64,000 nt of DNA from Candidatus Omnitrophota bacterium. GTDB taxonomy: Bacteria > Omnitrophota > Gorgyraeia > 1-14-0-20-64-10. The translations under genes and the position numbers were made by a program. Positions within the stretch are counted from its first letter, which is position 1. Each line of letters starts with the position of its first letter. The notes beneath the pieces are model-generated. The model was not told the DNA's origin. It saw only the letters and a list, made by a program, of their open reading frames with translations, and ran no database searches. Positions 12,452 through 26,215 of this stretch are shown piece after piece. The stretch spans positions 314,603-378,602 of the forward strand of contig JAHFFE010000001.1 in the NCBI GenBank assembly GCA_023248155.1. Direction: 5' to 3'.

Positions 12452-13185
12452 GCGACGCTCAGTCCGCATTGCTGGAAGCGGCCGATTTACAGAAGAGTTA
12501 CGGCCCCCGGCGCGTGGTCGACGGCGTAACGCTGACCGTCGGGCGCGGCGAGATTGTAGGGCTGTTGGGCCCCAACGGCGCGGGGAAAACAACCACTTTT
12601 TACATGGTAGTAGGATTGATCGCCCCCGAGCGGGGCGTGATCCGGTTTGACGGCGGTGATATTACGCCGCTGCCGATGCATTTGCGCGCGCGTTCCGGCA
12701 TCGGGTATCTGGCGCAGGAGCCGTCGGTTTTCCGCCGGCTGACCGTGCGCGAGAATATTCTGGCGATTTTGGAAACGCTGCCGATCTCCGGCGCGGAGCG
12801 CAAGAAGCGGTTGGCCGAACTGCTGAACGAGCTGGGGCTGACGCAGTTGGCCGGCGCGCGGGCCGATACGCTTTCAGGCGGAGAACGGCGGCGATTGGAA
12901 ATTACGCGGGCGCTGGTGACGCGGCCCAAACTATTGTTGCTTGATGAGCCGTTCAGCGGCATCGATCCGATCGCGGTGGCGGAGTGTCAGGAAATTATCC
13001 GAACGCTGCGCGACCGCGGCATGGCGATTTTACTGACCGATCATAATGTGCGGGAAACGCTGGCCGTGACCGACCGCGCCTATTTGATGGCGGAAGGGCG
13101 CGTGCTGATTGCGGGCACCGCCCAGGATTTAATCAACGACCCGAAAGCGCGTGAGATTTATCTGGGCCCGCGCTTTTCAATGTAG
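12448..13185 (+). CDS. lptB: LPS export ABC transporter ATPase
   Basis: GLLGPNGAGKTTTFY, LSGGERRRLEI, LLDEPFSGIDP, TDHNVRETL, YLG. Confidence 0.97.
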   Translation: MSDAQSALLEAADLQKSYGPRRVVDGVTLTVGRGEIVGLLGPNGAGKTTTFYMVVGLIAPERGVIRFDGGDITPLPMHLRARSGIGYLAQEPSVFRRLTVRENILAILETLPISGAERKKRLAELLNELGLTQLAGARADTLSGGERRRLEITRALVTRPKLLLLDEPFSGIDPIAVAECQEIIRTLRDRGMAILLTDHNVRETLAVTDRAYLMAEGRVLIAGTAQDLINDPKAREIYLGPRFSM

Positions 13186-13200
13186 CCGAAGGAGTTTTCG

Positions 13201-13512
13201 ATGCGAATTGAAGTGACCGCCCGACATTTGGTGCTTCCGGAAACGGTGCAGGAGATGCTGCACGCCAAGCTTGAGAAATTGAGCCGGTTGGATGAAAAAA
13301 TTTTGTCGGTGCACGCGATTTTCGGAAAACAAAAATATCTGTTTACGGTGGAATTGACGCTGGCCGGACGAGGGCTTCGCCTGGTTGCCAAAGGCAGCCA
13401 TGCCAAGGATTTATTGACGGCGATGGAGCAGGCGCTCGCCAAAATTGAACGGCAACTGAAAAAAGAGGAAAAGAAGCGGACGGAGTCGCGCCGGCGCACG
13501 GCACACCGCTAA
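13201..13512 (+). CDS. hpf: Ribosome hibernation factor (short HPF/RaiA)
   Basis: MRIEVTARH..., KLEKL, DLLTAMEQALAKIERQLKK. Confidence 0.85.
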   Translation: MRIEVTARHLVLPETVQEMLHAKLEKLSRLDEKILSVHAIFGKQKYLFTVELTLAGRGLRLVAKGSHAKDLLTAMEQALAKIERQLKKEEKKRTESRRRTAHR

Positions 13513-13530
13513 ATCGAAAAGAAAGCAGAT

Positions 13531-14799
13531 ATGGAAACATCACTGGCATTAAAATCCACATTGAAAGAGATCGGCCCCTGCGAGAAAGAACTGCGCGTCG
13601 AGGTTCCGGCCGAAACGGTTTCGTCGGAGTTCGACGAAGTTTACCGCCAGTTCAAAAAATTCGCGGCGGTTCCGGGGTTCCGCGTCGGGTTCGCTCCGCG
13701 CGATCTGCTGGAGCGGTATCACGGCGTGAAGGTTCAGGAAGAAGTGGTCCGCCGGCTCGTCGGCCGTTCACTCGATGAGGCGCTGGAATCCCAGAAAAAT
13801 CTGGATGTCGTCGGTCGGCCGCATGTCTCCGATCTGACGATCGAAAATAACAAGCCGCTTTCGTATGTCGCGCACCTGGAGATTTCTCCCGAGGTGCCGG
13901 TCGGTCCCTATAAGAAATTGAAATTAACGCGCGCCAAGACCGACCTGTCGGACACAGCCATCAACGATGTGCTGACCCGCATTCAGGAACAGCAGGCGCA
14001 GCTGGTGCCGGTGACGGAAGATCGTGCCGCGCAAGAGGGCGATTTTTTGATGGTCGATCTGACCGAGAGCCAGCCAAAGAAATCGCCGCGCCAGCAAAAA
14101 GATCTGACGATTCAACTCAATACCGGGAAGGACCCCGAAGGCGTTCTCAAAGGGCTGCTCGGCATTCGTCCGTCGGAGACGCGCAGCTTTAAATTAAAAA
14201 ACGATGTTTCATTGACGGTCCAGCTGAAGGCAATTAAAACCAAACTGATGCCGGCAATCAACGATGATTTCGCCAAAACGGCCGGCGCCTATGAAAACCT
14301 GGATGCGCTGAAAGAGGCGATCCGAAAAAATATGCAGGTGGAGTCGGACGCCGCGCAGCGCCGCGGACTGGAAGACCAGATCGTGCGCCATTTGACCGAC
14401 GAGTGGAATTTTGAAGTGCCGCCCTCGCTGGTGGCGTCCCAGGCGCGGCGCAACCTGAAAGAGCGGGCCATGGAACTGCTGCAGCAGGGCGTGGTGCCCG
14501 ATCAGGTGCAGCAGCAGGCCGGCGCGCTGACCGACATGGCGAAGCTCGAGGCGCTCAAGCAGGTGAAGCTCTTCTTCTCGCTTCGCAAGATCGCGCTGGT
14601 CGAGAAGATGGAAGCGTCCGAAGCCGAAATTCAGGAAAAATTGCAGTCGCTGGCGGTCCGGTTTAACAGCACGCCGGAAGCGGTCCAGCAGGATCTGGAA
14701 CAGCGTGATCTGATGGAAGAATTAATCTGGAATATTCTGCGTGCCAAAGTGTTTGATCTGCTGGTCAAAGAAGCCGAGATTACGGAGGAAAAGAAATGA
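13531..14799 (+). CDS. tig: Trigger factor
   Basis: [10 protein letters not shown] ribosome-binding loop, NDDFAK, upstream of clpP. Confidence 0.93.
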   Translation: METSLALKSTLKEIGPCEKELRVEVPAETVSSEFDEVYRQFKKFAAVPGFRVGFAPRDLLERYHGVKVQEEVVRRLVGRSLDEALESQKNLDVVGRPHVSDLTIENNKPLSYVAHLEISPEVPVGPYKKLKLTRAKTDLSDTAINDVLTRIQEQQAQLVPVTEDRAAQEGDFLMVDLTESQPKKSPRQQKDLTIQLNTGKDPEGVLKGLLGIRPSETRSFKLKNDVSLTVQLKAIKTKLMPAINDDFAKTAGAYENLDALKEAIRKNMQVESDAAQRRGLEDQIVRHLTDEWNFEVPPSLVASQARRNLKERAMELLQQGVVPDQVQQQAGALTDMAKLEALKQVKLFFSLRKIALVEKMEASEAEIQEKLQSLAVRFNSTPEAVQQDLEQRDLMEELIWNILRAKVFDLLVKEAEITEEKK

Positions 14800-15395
14800 A
14801 CGAGCGCGGACAATTAATCCCATTCGTTATCGAGCAGACCGGCCGCGGTGAGCGGTCGTACGACATCTATTCGCGGCTTCTCAAGGACAGGATCATTTTC
14901 ATTGGCTCGCCGATCGATGACATTGTCGCCAATGTGGTGATCGCCCAGCTGCTCTTTTTGCAGATGGAAGACGCGAAAAAAGACATCAACATCTACATCC
15001 ATTCGCCGGGCGGATCGGTCACGGCCGGTCTGGCGATCTACGATACGATGCAGTTCGTAAAGCCCGACGTCGCCACCTTCTGCCTGGGTCAGGCCGCGTC
15101 GATGGGCGCCGTGTTATTGGCCGGCGGCACCGAGGGCAAGCGCTACAGCCTGCCCGAAGCGCGCATCATGATTCATCAGCCCTGGGGCGGCGCGCAGGGA
15201 ACGGCCTCGGACATTTCAATTCAGGCCAAGGAAATTTTGCGGCTTAAAGAACGGTTGAATCAAATATTGGCGTTGCATACCAAGCAGCCGCTGGACAGAA
15301 TTCACAAGGATACGGACCGCGACTTTTTCATGTCCGCCGACGAAGCGAAAGCCTACGGGCTGGTGGACGAGGTAATCAAAGGAAAACAGAAATGA
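14796..15395 (+). CDS. clpP: Clp protease proteolytic subunit
   Basis: [40 protein letters not shown]. Confidence 0.98.
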   Translation: MNERGQLIPFVIEQTGRGERSYDIYSRLLKDRIIFIGSPIDDIVANVVIAQLLFLQMEDAKKDINIYIHSPGGSVTAGLAIYDTMQFVKPDVATFCLGQAASMGAVLLAGGTEGKRYSLPEARIMIHQPWGGAQGTASDISIQAKEILRLKERLNQILALHTKQPLDRIHKDTDRDFFMSADEAKAYGLVDEVIKGKQK

Positions 15396-16504
15396 GCCAA
15401 GAACCGATTTTGCTGACACCGGGCCCCAGCATTGTTCCATTGCCCGTTCGCGAAGCGTTGGGCCGCCCGATCATTCACCACCGCACCAAAGAGTTTCAGG
15501 CGATCCTGAAAGAAGCCGAAGCCGGTCTGCGCGTTTTATTCGGCACCTCCCAGGAGGTATTGATTCTCACTTCGTCCGGAACCGGCGCGATGGAAGCGTC
15601 TGTAATCAATTTGCTTTCAGCCGGTGATGAGGCGATCGTAATTCGCGGTGGAAAGTTCGGCGAGCGGTGGGGCGAAATCTGCGAAGCGTTCGGAATTAAA
15701 GTGATCAATGTCGATCCGGTCTGGGGCAAGCCGCTCGACCTGGCCAAATTTCAGCAGACGCTCCAGCAAAATCCGAATGTGAAGGCTGTTTTTTCGACGC
15801 TGTGCGAAACCTCGACCGGTGTCCGGTTCGATATCGCCGGCATCAAGAAGGCGATCACGCAGGCCGGTTCCAAGGCGCTGCTGGCCGTCGACGCGATCAG
15901 CGGTCTCGGGTCCGATCCGTTCTCGATGGATGCGTTCGGCGTCGATGCGGCCGTCTCCGGTTCGCAGAAAGGGTTGATGCTTCCGCCCGGCTTGGCGTTT
16001 ATTGCGTTGAGCGCGCGTGCCTGGGAAGCCGTGAAAGCATCGAAGACCCCCAAATATTATTACGATCTGAATTTGGCCAAAAAAGCGTGGGAAAGCACCG
16101 ACACGCCGTTTACACCGGCCGTCGGCCTCGTGATCGGCCTGGTTGAAAGTTTGCGGATTATTTTGAAAGACAGCGCCGAGAAATTCGCGGCCCATCATGG
16201 CGCTAACGCGCAGTATGTGCGTGACGCCGTCAAGGCGATGGGGCTGGAACTCTACGCCGATCCTTCCTGCGCCAGCAACGCCGTTACGATGATCAATGTG
16301 CCGGCCGGCGTGGATGGAAAAGAATTAATCAAACAGATTCAGTCCAAGCACGGCGTGATTGTGGCCGGCGGACAGGGTAAAGAACTGGTGGGCAAGGTAA
16401 TTCGGATCGCCACGATGGGAGCCGTCGGGCGGACCGAGTTGGACGCAGGACTTAAAGCGCTTGAAAGCGTATTGAAGGAGATGGGTGCAGCAGCCCAGAA
16501 ATAA
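15392..16504 (+). CDS. Class V aminotransferase (serine-pyruvate/alanine-glyoxylate family; likely serine pathway)
   Basis: [41 protein letters not shown]. Adjacent to serA. Confidence 0.9.
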   Translation: MSQEPILLTPGPSIVPLPVREALGRPIIHHRTKEFQAILKEAEAGLRVLFGTSQEVLILTSSGTGAMEASVINLLSAGDEAIVIRGGKFGERWGEICEAFGIKVINVDPVWGKPLDLAKFQQTLQQNPNVKAVFSTLCETSTGVRFDIAGIKKAITQAGSKALLAVDAISGLGSDPFSMDAFGVDAAVSGSQKGLMLPPGLAFIALSARAWEAVKASKTPKYYYDLNLAKKAWESTDTPFTPAVGLVIGLVESLRIILKDSAEKFAAHHGANAQYVRDAVKAMGLELYADPSCASNAVTMINVPAGVDGKELIKQIQSKHGVIVAGGQGKELVGKVIRIATMGAVGRTELDAGLKALESVLKEMGAAAQK

Positions 16505-16505
16505 G

Positions 16506-18101
16506 ATGGCCAATCCAGTTAAAATATTAGTTTCCGACCCGTTGTCCGAAGAAGGCATTGAAATGCTCAAGTCGATCGACGGGGTCCAGGTCGACACGAA
16601 ATCCAAATTAAAACCGGAAGAACTTCTGGCCATCATCGGCGAGTACGAAGGTCTGGTGATCCGCTCCGGCACGCAGGTAACCAAAGAGGTTCTCGCGAAA
16701 GCCAAGAAACTCAAGGTGATCGGCCGCGCCGGCGCGGGCCTCGACAATGTGGATGTGGAGACCGCGTCCAAGATGGGCGTTGTCGTGATGAACGCTGCCG
16801 GCGGCAACACCGTTTCCACGGCCGAGCATACGATGTCGATGCTGCTGAGCATGACGCGTAAAATTCCGCAGGCCTGCGCGTCGCTGAAAGCCGGCAAGTG
16901 GGAGCGGACCTCATTCATGGGCGGCGAGCTGTACGGAAAATATCTTGGCATCGTCGGCATGGGCAAGGTCGGCACCGAAGTGGCCCGCCGCGCGCATGCA
17001 TTCGGCATGCGGCTCGTGGTGTTTGATCCGTACCTGTCGCTCGAGCGCGTGCAGGAACTGGAAGCCGAGCCGGTCAAGGAATTGAACGAACTATTCAAGA
17101 AATCCGATTACATCACCATTCATACGCCGCTCAACACCGAGACCAAAGCGTTGATCGGCGCTGAAGAACTGGCGATGATGAAAAAGGGCGTGCGCATCGT
17201 CAACTGCGCGCGCGGCGGAATCATCGACGAGAAAGCGTTAACGGCCGCGATCCAGTCCGGGCATGTGGCCGGCGCCGCGATCGATGTGTTCGAGCAGGAG
17301 CCGCCCGTTTATACCGATATTATCCAGCTGCCGCAGGTGGTGGTTACGCCGCATCTGGCCGCTTCCACCGAAGAAGCGCAGAAAAATGTGGCGCGCGAAA
17401 TCGCGCTGAGCGTGCGTGATTTCCTGCAGGGCAAAGGAATCCGCAACGCGGTGAATGTTCCGTCGGTCGACGCTGAAACGCTGAAACTGATTGATCCGTA
17501 CCTCAAACTAATCGAGCGGCTCGGCATGATGCAGGGCCAGTTGATCGACGGCGCGATTAAAGAAGTTCACCTGAAATTCGTCGGTGAACTGACGCGCTGG
17601 AGTTTGGCGCCGCTGACGGTCGCGTTCATGAAGGGATTGCTCTCGTCCGTCATGTCGGAATCGGTCAACTATGTCAACGCGTCCATGATCGCCAAAGACC
17701 GCGGCATCAAAGTGATCGAGACCAAGGCGACCGACGGTGAAGATTTTGCCAACTTAATCGCCACGACCGTGATTACCGACAAGAAAACTTCGCAGATTGA
17801 CGGCACGCTGTTTACCCGTTCCGATCCGCGCATCGTGCGCGTCGACGAATTTTATGTCGATGCGGTTCCGGCGGGCGCCATGTTGATCGTGCGCAATCAG
17901 GACAAGCCGGGCATGGTCGGCCGCGTCGGTACCATTCTGGGATCGCACAACATCAACATCGGCTGGATGTCTCTGGGACGGCGCACGCAGGGCGGCGACG
18001 CGTTGATCGTCTTGAACCTCGATCAGCCGTTGTCCGATGAACTGTTCGCCGAGATCAAAAAAGAACCGCTCGTCATCGATGTAAAGCGGGTTCAGCTGTA
18101 A
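16506..18101 (+). CDS. serA: D-3-phosphoglycerate dehydrogenase (long form with ASB/ACT)
   Basis: GRAGAGLDNVD, TAEHT, NCARGG, PHLAASTEEAQ, DKPGMVG. Confidence 0.97.
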   Translation: MANPVKILVSDPLSEEGIEMLKSIDGVQVDTKSKLKPEELLAIIGEYEGLVIRSGTQVTKEVLAKAKKLKVIGRAGAGLDNVDVETASKMGVVVMNAAGGNTVSTAEHTMSMLLSMTRKIPQACASLKAGKWERTSFMGGELYGKYLGIVGMGKVGTEVARRAHAFGMRLVVFDPYLSLERVQELEAEPVKELNELFKKSDYITIHTPLNTETKALIGAEELAMMKKGVRIVNCARGGIIDEKALTAAIQSGHVAGAAIDVFEQEPPVYTDIIQLPQVVVTPHLAASTEEAQKNVAREIALSVRDFLQGKGIRNAVNVPSVDAETLKLIDPYLKLIERLGMMQGQLIDGAIKEVHLKFVGELTRWSLAPLTVAFMKGLLSSVMSESVNYVNASMIAKDRGIKVIETKATDGEDFANLIATTVITDKKTSQIDGTLFTRSDPRIVRVDEFYVDAVPAGAMLIVRNQDKPGMVGRVGTILGSHNINIGWMSLGRRTQGGDALIVLNLDQPLSDELFAEIKKEPLVIDVKRVQL

Positions 18102-21607
<3,506 letters not shown>

Positions 21608-21615
<8 letters not shown>

Positions 21616-22459
21616 AAAAACGTTTTATCTGAGCGTTTTCTTTTGCGTTCTGGCGCTGGCTTCAACGGCCGGCGCTGAACAGGCGAGTTCTTCGAAGAGT
21701 AATTTTTCATTCGGAAAGAAAAAACCAGCGGTTGAGCAGTCGACTTCTGCCGCAAAGCCGCTTAAGCCAAAAGCAGTCTCCGAAACGATCACGCATACCC
21801 CAACGGAAGAAACAAATAACGAAACAGTCATTCCACCCGTTGCCACCCAGCCGCTTCAACCCAGGGCTGTTTCAGAGACCATCACCCATACTCCGATGGA
21901 AGAAACCGCCCCCGCTCCAGACGAAGCAATCTTGCTGCCCTCGTATTGGCTTGATGGCGCGCTGCCGTCTGAAGACGATATTGAGGATGGAACCTGGATC
22001 TGGGAACCGGACTATTTTCCGGAAGGAATTATACGCGTTCACTCGCACCCGTCCGGCAAAGGCGTTCACTTTCACGGCTTCCGCAACAGCCCGATCCATA
22101 TGGTGGGGCATCCGATGATTACGCAGGAGGTCTGGCTCGATCCGGCTGATCCGCCGCGCGGCATCATGGTGAAATTTGTCTTAACTTCGGGTGATGAGAT
22201 TGGCGTTTATTGGGAAGGGGAAGAAGAGGTTTTCTTTCCGCTGATCGAAAAAGAAGGCCCGATGGAAATCTGGTATTACGGAATGCTGCCGGAGCTGGGC
22301 AAATGGACGCCGCTGACGATTCTGGCCGAAGACCTGGCGTTGGAAGACCAGGATGTTGTCGGCTTGAAATTCGTCACCTATGACGGCCGCGCATTGTGGG
22401 GCCGCACCAGTGTTTCCGAAGCGCCCGCCCCAGAAGAAAACAATACACCTGTCTCGTAA
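21608..22459 (+). CDS. Putative secreted protein with a duplicated low-complexity linker
   Basis: The frame of ORF 21896-22459 is open to 21608 (ATA), giving INRKTFYLSVFFCVLALASTAGA (signal-like) and two PL.P.AVSETITHTP.EET repeats. Confidence 0.6.
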
Positions 22460-22637
22460 AGAGCAACAAGTCTCAGAAAAAAATAATTTTTATCTATTGA
22501 CAAAAAGACGATTATCAGCGATAGTTCATTTCAAGAGGACTACAACTAGAAAACCAAATCCCTTTCAGGGATTTTATTTTCCAGCGATTCTTTAGCGTTC
22601 AATAAAAGATAAACATATGTCATTGCGAAAGCAGGCT

Positions 22638-22724
22638 GTCATCCTGAGATAACAACGGCATGTCATCCTGAGAGTGTACTTGCTCAGGATCTAAAGATGC
22701 TGAACAGAAAATTTTCAGCATGAC
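22638..22724. repeat. REP-like GTCATCCTGAG element(s)
   Basis: Two gtcatcctgaga starts, a tgctcaggatc arm and an atgctgaa/ttcagcat hairpin. Related to 4368-4433. Confidence 0.75.
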
Positions 22725-22737
22725 AAAAAATAAATCT

Positions 22738-25700
22738 ATGAGAATAAAAAAATACAATCAAGTTTCCATCGCAACCTTTCTGCTAATCAGCCTGGTCGGG
22801 ACATCCTCCGTTCCGGCCGTCTCTCTTCCTATATATACGTTGCGCCCGCTTGCTTCCGCGCAAAATAAATCCGGTGCCGAAGAACTAACCAATGCCCTTA
22901 AGCGTCAAAATGATTCTAATGCCAATCAACCGCTTACCAACCAGGCCGTTTTAGACAAAGCGCAAGCTGGCCCATTGCTCAGCGAAACCAAAGAGTTGGC
23001 TGACGCCGCTGCGCGTGCCGCACTTGGCATTACTGCTGGCCAGGAGGAGAAGATTGAGCAATTTACTCGCGACAGAATTTTGTTGCGCTTGAACACCGGA
23101 AGGGAAATACCAACAGTTCCATACAAAACCGGGTTTTTGGCCGGTTTAGCCCAGGCCATTGCCGACCCAGGGCTTTCCGGTACCGCTGAGAGTTATTTAG
23201 TTCAGGAACTTCCACCAGGCCTTCGCGATGTGGTTCAGACAACGGCTGATCTAATTGGCAGAAATCGATTTACAAAGATGGACATGAAAGTGGCTCAAAC
23301 CGACACAGGGTCTCCGTTGACTGGTATTGCCGGCGAGACGATCATGGAAATTCTTTACAATGCGTTTTCACGGGGTTTTGGGGTAGGCCTCCCTCTGAGT
23401 GATAAAGGATATACGGCAATAGTCGTCAGCGGTACTCCCGGTTCTGATCTTTCGGTAGTATCCATTCCTGAGATTGGTCCCGATTTTCAAGACAGCCAGT
23501 TTGCCCGTTCATTAGCCAATCATGTTGTTGATCAACAGCCTACCGTTTTGGGAGTTGACCGGAGAGCAAAATACACTCTTTATGAAATAGGAACCGGCAA
23601 CACGGACTATGCGCTTCCAAAATATCTAGCGGGTGAGCAAGGTAGGAGAGGCTCATACCTTTTGCTTCAAATCGATCTGCCCATAAGTTTCGCCGGCGCG
23701 GAAGAGCGTGGGTGGTTTTCTCGCAATAAAGGTTTTTTTGGCATGGTTGCTTTGTCAGTGGCAGTCCTTGGATTTGCTGCTTACCAAATTGCCGGAGACC
23801 AGATTGCGGAACAATATTATCTTTATCGCCATCCTCCTACAGTAAAACAAGCGGCTGTTATGCCGTCCGGGTTGCATGTTCAGCTGCCTCCTGAAATGGC
23901 GGGTAAATATGCGGTGGCTTATCTGGAAACCGACCGTTTTTATCCGCAGGTCATAACACAGGTATCTGCTGACGGGACCGCTGCGTTTCATGTGGAAGTC
24001 CGGCCCCCTAACCGGCCCGGATGGATTGCCGCTCGCGGACGAGTGGTTGCGGTGGTTAATTCCAAGCAAGCGGCGAATGTAGCTTTCAGGGAAATAAAAG
24101 ACCCGTCTGCTTTGAATCGATTAAATCCGGCCGCTGTTTTAACAATTGATTCCGACGGGAAGGTGACTTCTGATAAGGATCCGTTGGGTAATCAAAACGC
24201 CGGGCAGGAAGAATCTGTTGCAACGGCCATTGATCAGCTTGTTTCGAACAGTTTTGGAGCAACCAATGTAATAACTACAGAAATGCTTTTCAATAATTCA
24301 AACGGAATGGTGACTTTCCAGAATTCAAGTTATTACGGGGATCAGACCTATGAATTAACGCTCCGTCCGTGGGTGAGTCTTTTAAGTGATCATCCAGAAG
24401 AGAACGTTGATTTCAGAGTTCGTGTCAGTCTGCAGAGAAAAGATTTCGCAGTTTTATCAGCTGCGGAACGAAAAGCCATGGCCAGCTACGAATTCAGAGT
24501 CAAAGGGTTTCCTTCTGCGGAGTTTCAATCCGGGTGGACAGCGCTTTCGCCTAATCCGCAACCCAAGAACTACTATGATCCTGGCGCGGGTCCTAACACC
24601 CCTCCAGGGTTTGTCATTCCTGCGGGTGCTGATATGGAAACGTGGATACCCATTCCGATAGTCTCGGACGCTTTCAGAGGAGAAAAGCTTGCCGAGTTGC
24701 AGCGACGCGACCCGGCTCAGAGAAGCATAACCATCCAGGTTAGGAAAGCCGGACAGGAAGAGACGGTTGTCGTTGGGCGGATACTTACTTTGCAGGCCGC
24801 GATGGAAAAACTGCGTACATTGTTAGCCGGTTCCAACCATAAACAAATCGTTTTTAATCCAGAGCAAAACGAAAGCTTAATAGAACGTACTGAAACCGCA
24901 TCAGTAAAAGATGTTTCGGATTTAACCGGGCCTGTTCGCCTCATTGGTCAATACTCGCCCAACTTTGATAATGGTCAGGGGGAAGGGCTGGTCGATATCC
25001 GTACCCGAAACGGCATCATTTATGTGAATCCTTTTCCATACAAAGCGGAAGAACTTTCTCTGAAAGTTACGCAGCTGTTTCGAAGAGGCGATATTTTGGT
25101 GGACCAAACTACGGGTGTCCGTCATTTTGAAGTTGCTGACAATCAAGGAAACGCTGTTGATGCTGTTCCTCTGGTTTCAATTATCAACGGATACACAGCT
25201 GATTCTAAGGTGACGCGTGTTCCTGCCGCGGATCTTCGGCTTCGCTACCGCGTGATTCGTGCCGTTGCCGCCGGGGCGGAAGAAAATGTTGAGGAATTGG
25301 CCGCTCGGTTAGGGGATGAGCCAATTAAGGTCGTGGAAACACTTCCTTCCTCTGCTCTTTTGACTGCCGATGCGAAAGCAGATGTGGTCCGTTACTTGCG
25401 GGGAGAGATTGAAGAGGCTGAGCTTCTTGGCATCTTGGACCGCTTAGGAATAGTGGAGATTCAGTCAGGCGGCAATTTCATGAACCAGGCGGAGCTCATT
25501 CGCGCCGCGGCGAAAGAGCGGGCCTTGGTGGAGAGAGCGATTGCGGAAGACCGTTTGGGAGAGTTTATTCCTATTGCCGATGGGAAATCCGCGGCTGTGG
25601 TGGAAGTGGATGTCGTCTCGAGTCTGCCAAAGGTTTATCTGCAGAATGGTTTGTCTTCGCCGGTTGCCGCGCCCGATGACATAGCGATCATTCCTTTAAG

Positions 25701-26025
25701 CGGCGATATTGCGGAAGTTTCTGATCAGTGGTTGAATGGGGCAGGTTCTGAGTCCGATCTGGTTATTTTGAATAACCAGCTGGATGGCGTGGCCGCTATG
25801 CCAGGTTCCTGGCTTCCGGCGGTAGCTCCAAGGCCAGCCGCGGTCCGCATGAGCCCGGTAACCTCGACGGAGCTTTTTTCAGGCGACGCCATTCAGGTGG
25901 GCCGCAACTTGCGCGCTATGGCGGCGCTCTCTCTGGCAGTGCACGGAGTACCGGATATGGATATAAACGGAATTACCTTTGTTGATCTGGCCGGAAAAAC
26001 CTATGCGGTTATTACCTCTGCCTAA
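22738..26025 (+). CDS. GxEE-family modular exported protein 1 (6 motifs)
   Basis: Signal peptide, YTLRP, motifs near 22873, 23038, 23695, 24202, 24751, 25273. C-terminal VYLQNGL..DLVILNN..WLP..TYAVITSA. Confidence 0.85.
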   Translation: MRIKKYNQVSIATFLLISLVGTSSVPAVSLPIYTLRPLASAQNKSGAEELTNALKRQNDSNANQPLTNQAVLDKAQAGPLLSETKELADAAARAALGITAGQEEKIEQFTRDRILLRLNTGREIPTVPYKTGFLAGLAQAIADPGLSGTAESYLVQELPPGLRDVVQTTADLIGRNRFTKMDMKVAQTDTGSPLTGIAGETIMEILYNAFSRGFGVGLPLSDKGYTAIVVSGTPGSDLSVVSIPEIGPDFQDSQFARSLANHVVDQQPTVLGVDRRAKYTLYEIGTGNTDYALPKYLAGEQGRRGSYLLLQIDLPISFAGAEERGWFSRNKGFFGMVALSVAVLGFAAYQIAGDQIAEQYYLYRHPPTVKQAAVMPSGLHVQLPPEMAGKYAVAYLETDRFYPQVITQVSADGTAAFHVEVRPPNRPGWIAARGRVVAVVNSKQAANVAFREIKDPSALNRLNPAAVLTIDSDGKVTSDKDPLGNQNAGQEESVATAIDQLVSNSFGATNVITTEMLFNNSNGMVTFQNSSYYGDQTYELTLRPWVSLLSDHPEENVDFRVRVSLQRKDFAVLSAAERKAMASYEFRVKGFPSAEFQSGWTALSPNPQPKNYYDPGAGPNTPPGFVIPAGADMETWIPIPIVSDAFRGEKLAELQRRDPAQRSITIQVRKAGQEETVVVGRILTLQAAMEKLRTLLAGSNHKQIVFNPEQNESLIERTETASVKDVSDLTGPVRLIGQYSPNFDNGQGEGLVDIRTRNGIIYVNPFPYKAEELSLKVTQLFRRGDILVDQTTGVRHFEVADNQGNAVDAVPLVSIINGYTADSKVTRVPAADLRLRYRVIRAVAAGAEENVEELAARLGDEPIKVVETLPSSALLTADAKADVVRYLRGEIEEAELLGILDRLGIVEIQSGGNFMNQAELIRAAAKERALVERAIAEDRLGEFIPIADGKSAAVVEVDVVSSLPKVYLQNGLSSPVAAPDDIAIIPLSGDIAEVSDQWLNGAGSESDLVILNNQLDGVAAMPGSWLPAVAPRPAAVRMSPVTSTELFSGDAIQVGRNLRAMAALSLAVHGVPDMDINGITFVDLAGKTYAVITSA

Positions 26026-26033
26026 AATCAATC

Positions 26034-26096
26034 GTTAGTAGTAGAAAACTTCGCCGTTATTTTTATTGACAAAAATAACAACCCCAGCGCTATAAT
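26034..26096 (+). promoter_or_regulatory. Sigma70-like promoter with conserved upstream box
   Basis: gttagtagtagaaa (26034), TTGACA (26066), TATAAT (26091). The 19-bp spacer is long. Confidence 0.65.
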
Positions 26097-26215
26097 GGCA
26101 AATAACCTTGAATTTCGCAGCGGTCTTTTTTTGTCCGTCATTTTTTACAGATTTAGATAAGATCTGAGACAGCTTTTATGAACCCATATAAAAACTCGGC
26201 CAGATAAAGGAAAAA

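Noticed and set aside
14796-15395. ClpP (or RseP) as the GxEE-processing protease
   Set aside because: Both are in standard housekeeping contexts and nothing in the sequence links them to the array.
22720-22737. ORF-track start at 22720
   Set aside because: This ATG lies within the REP-like hairpin. ATG 22738 gives a more typical signal peptide.
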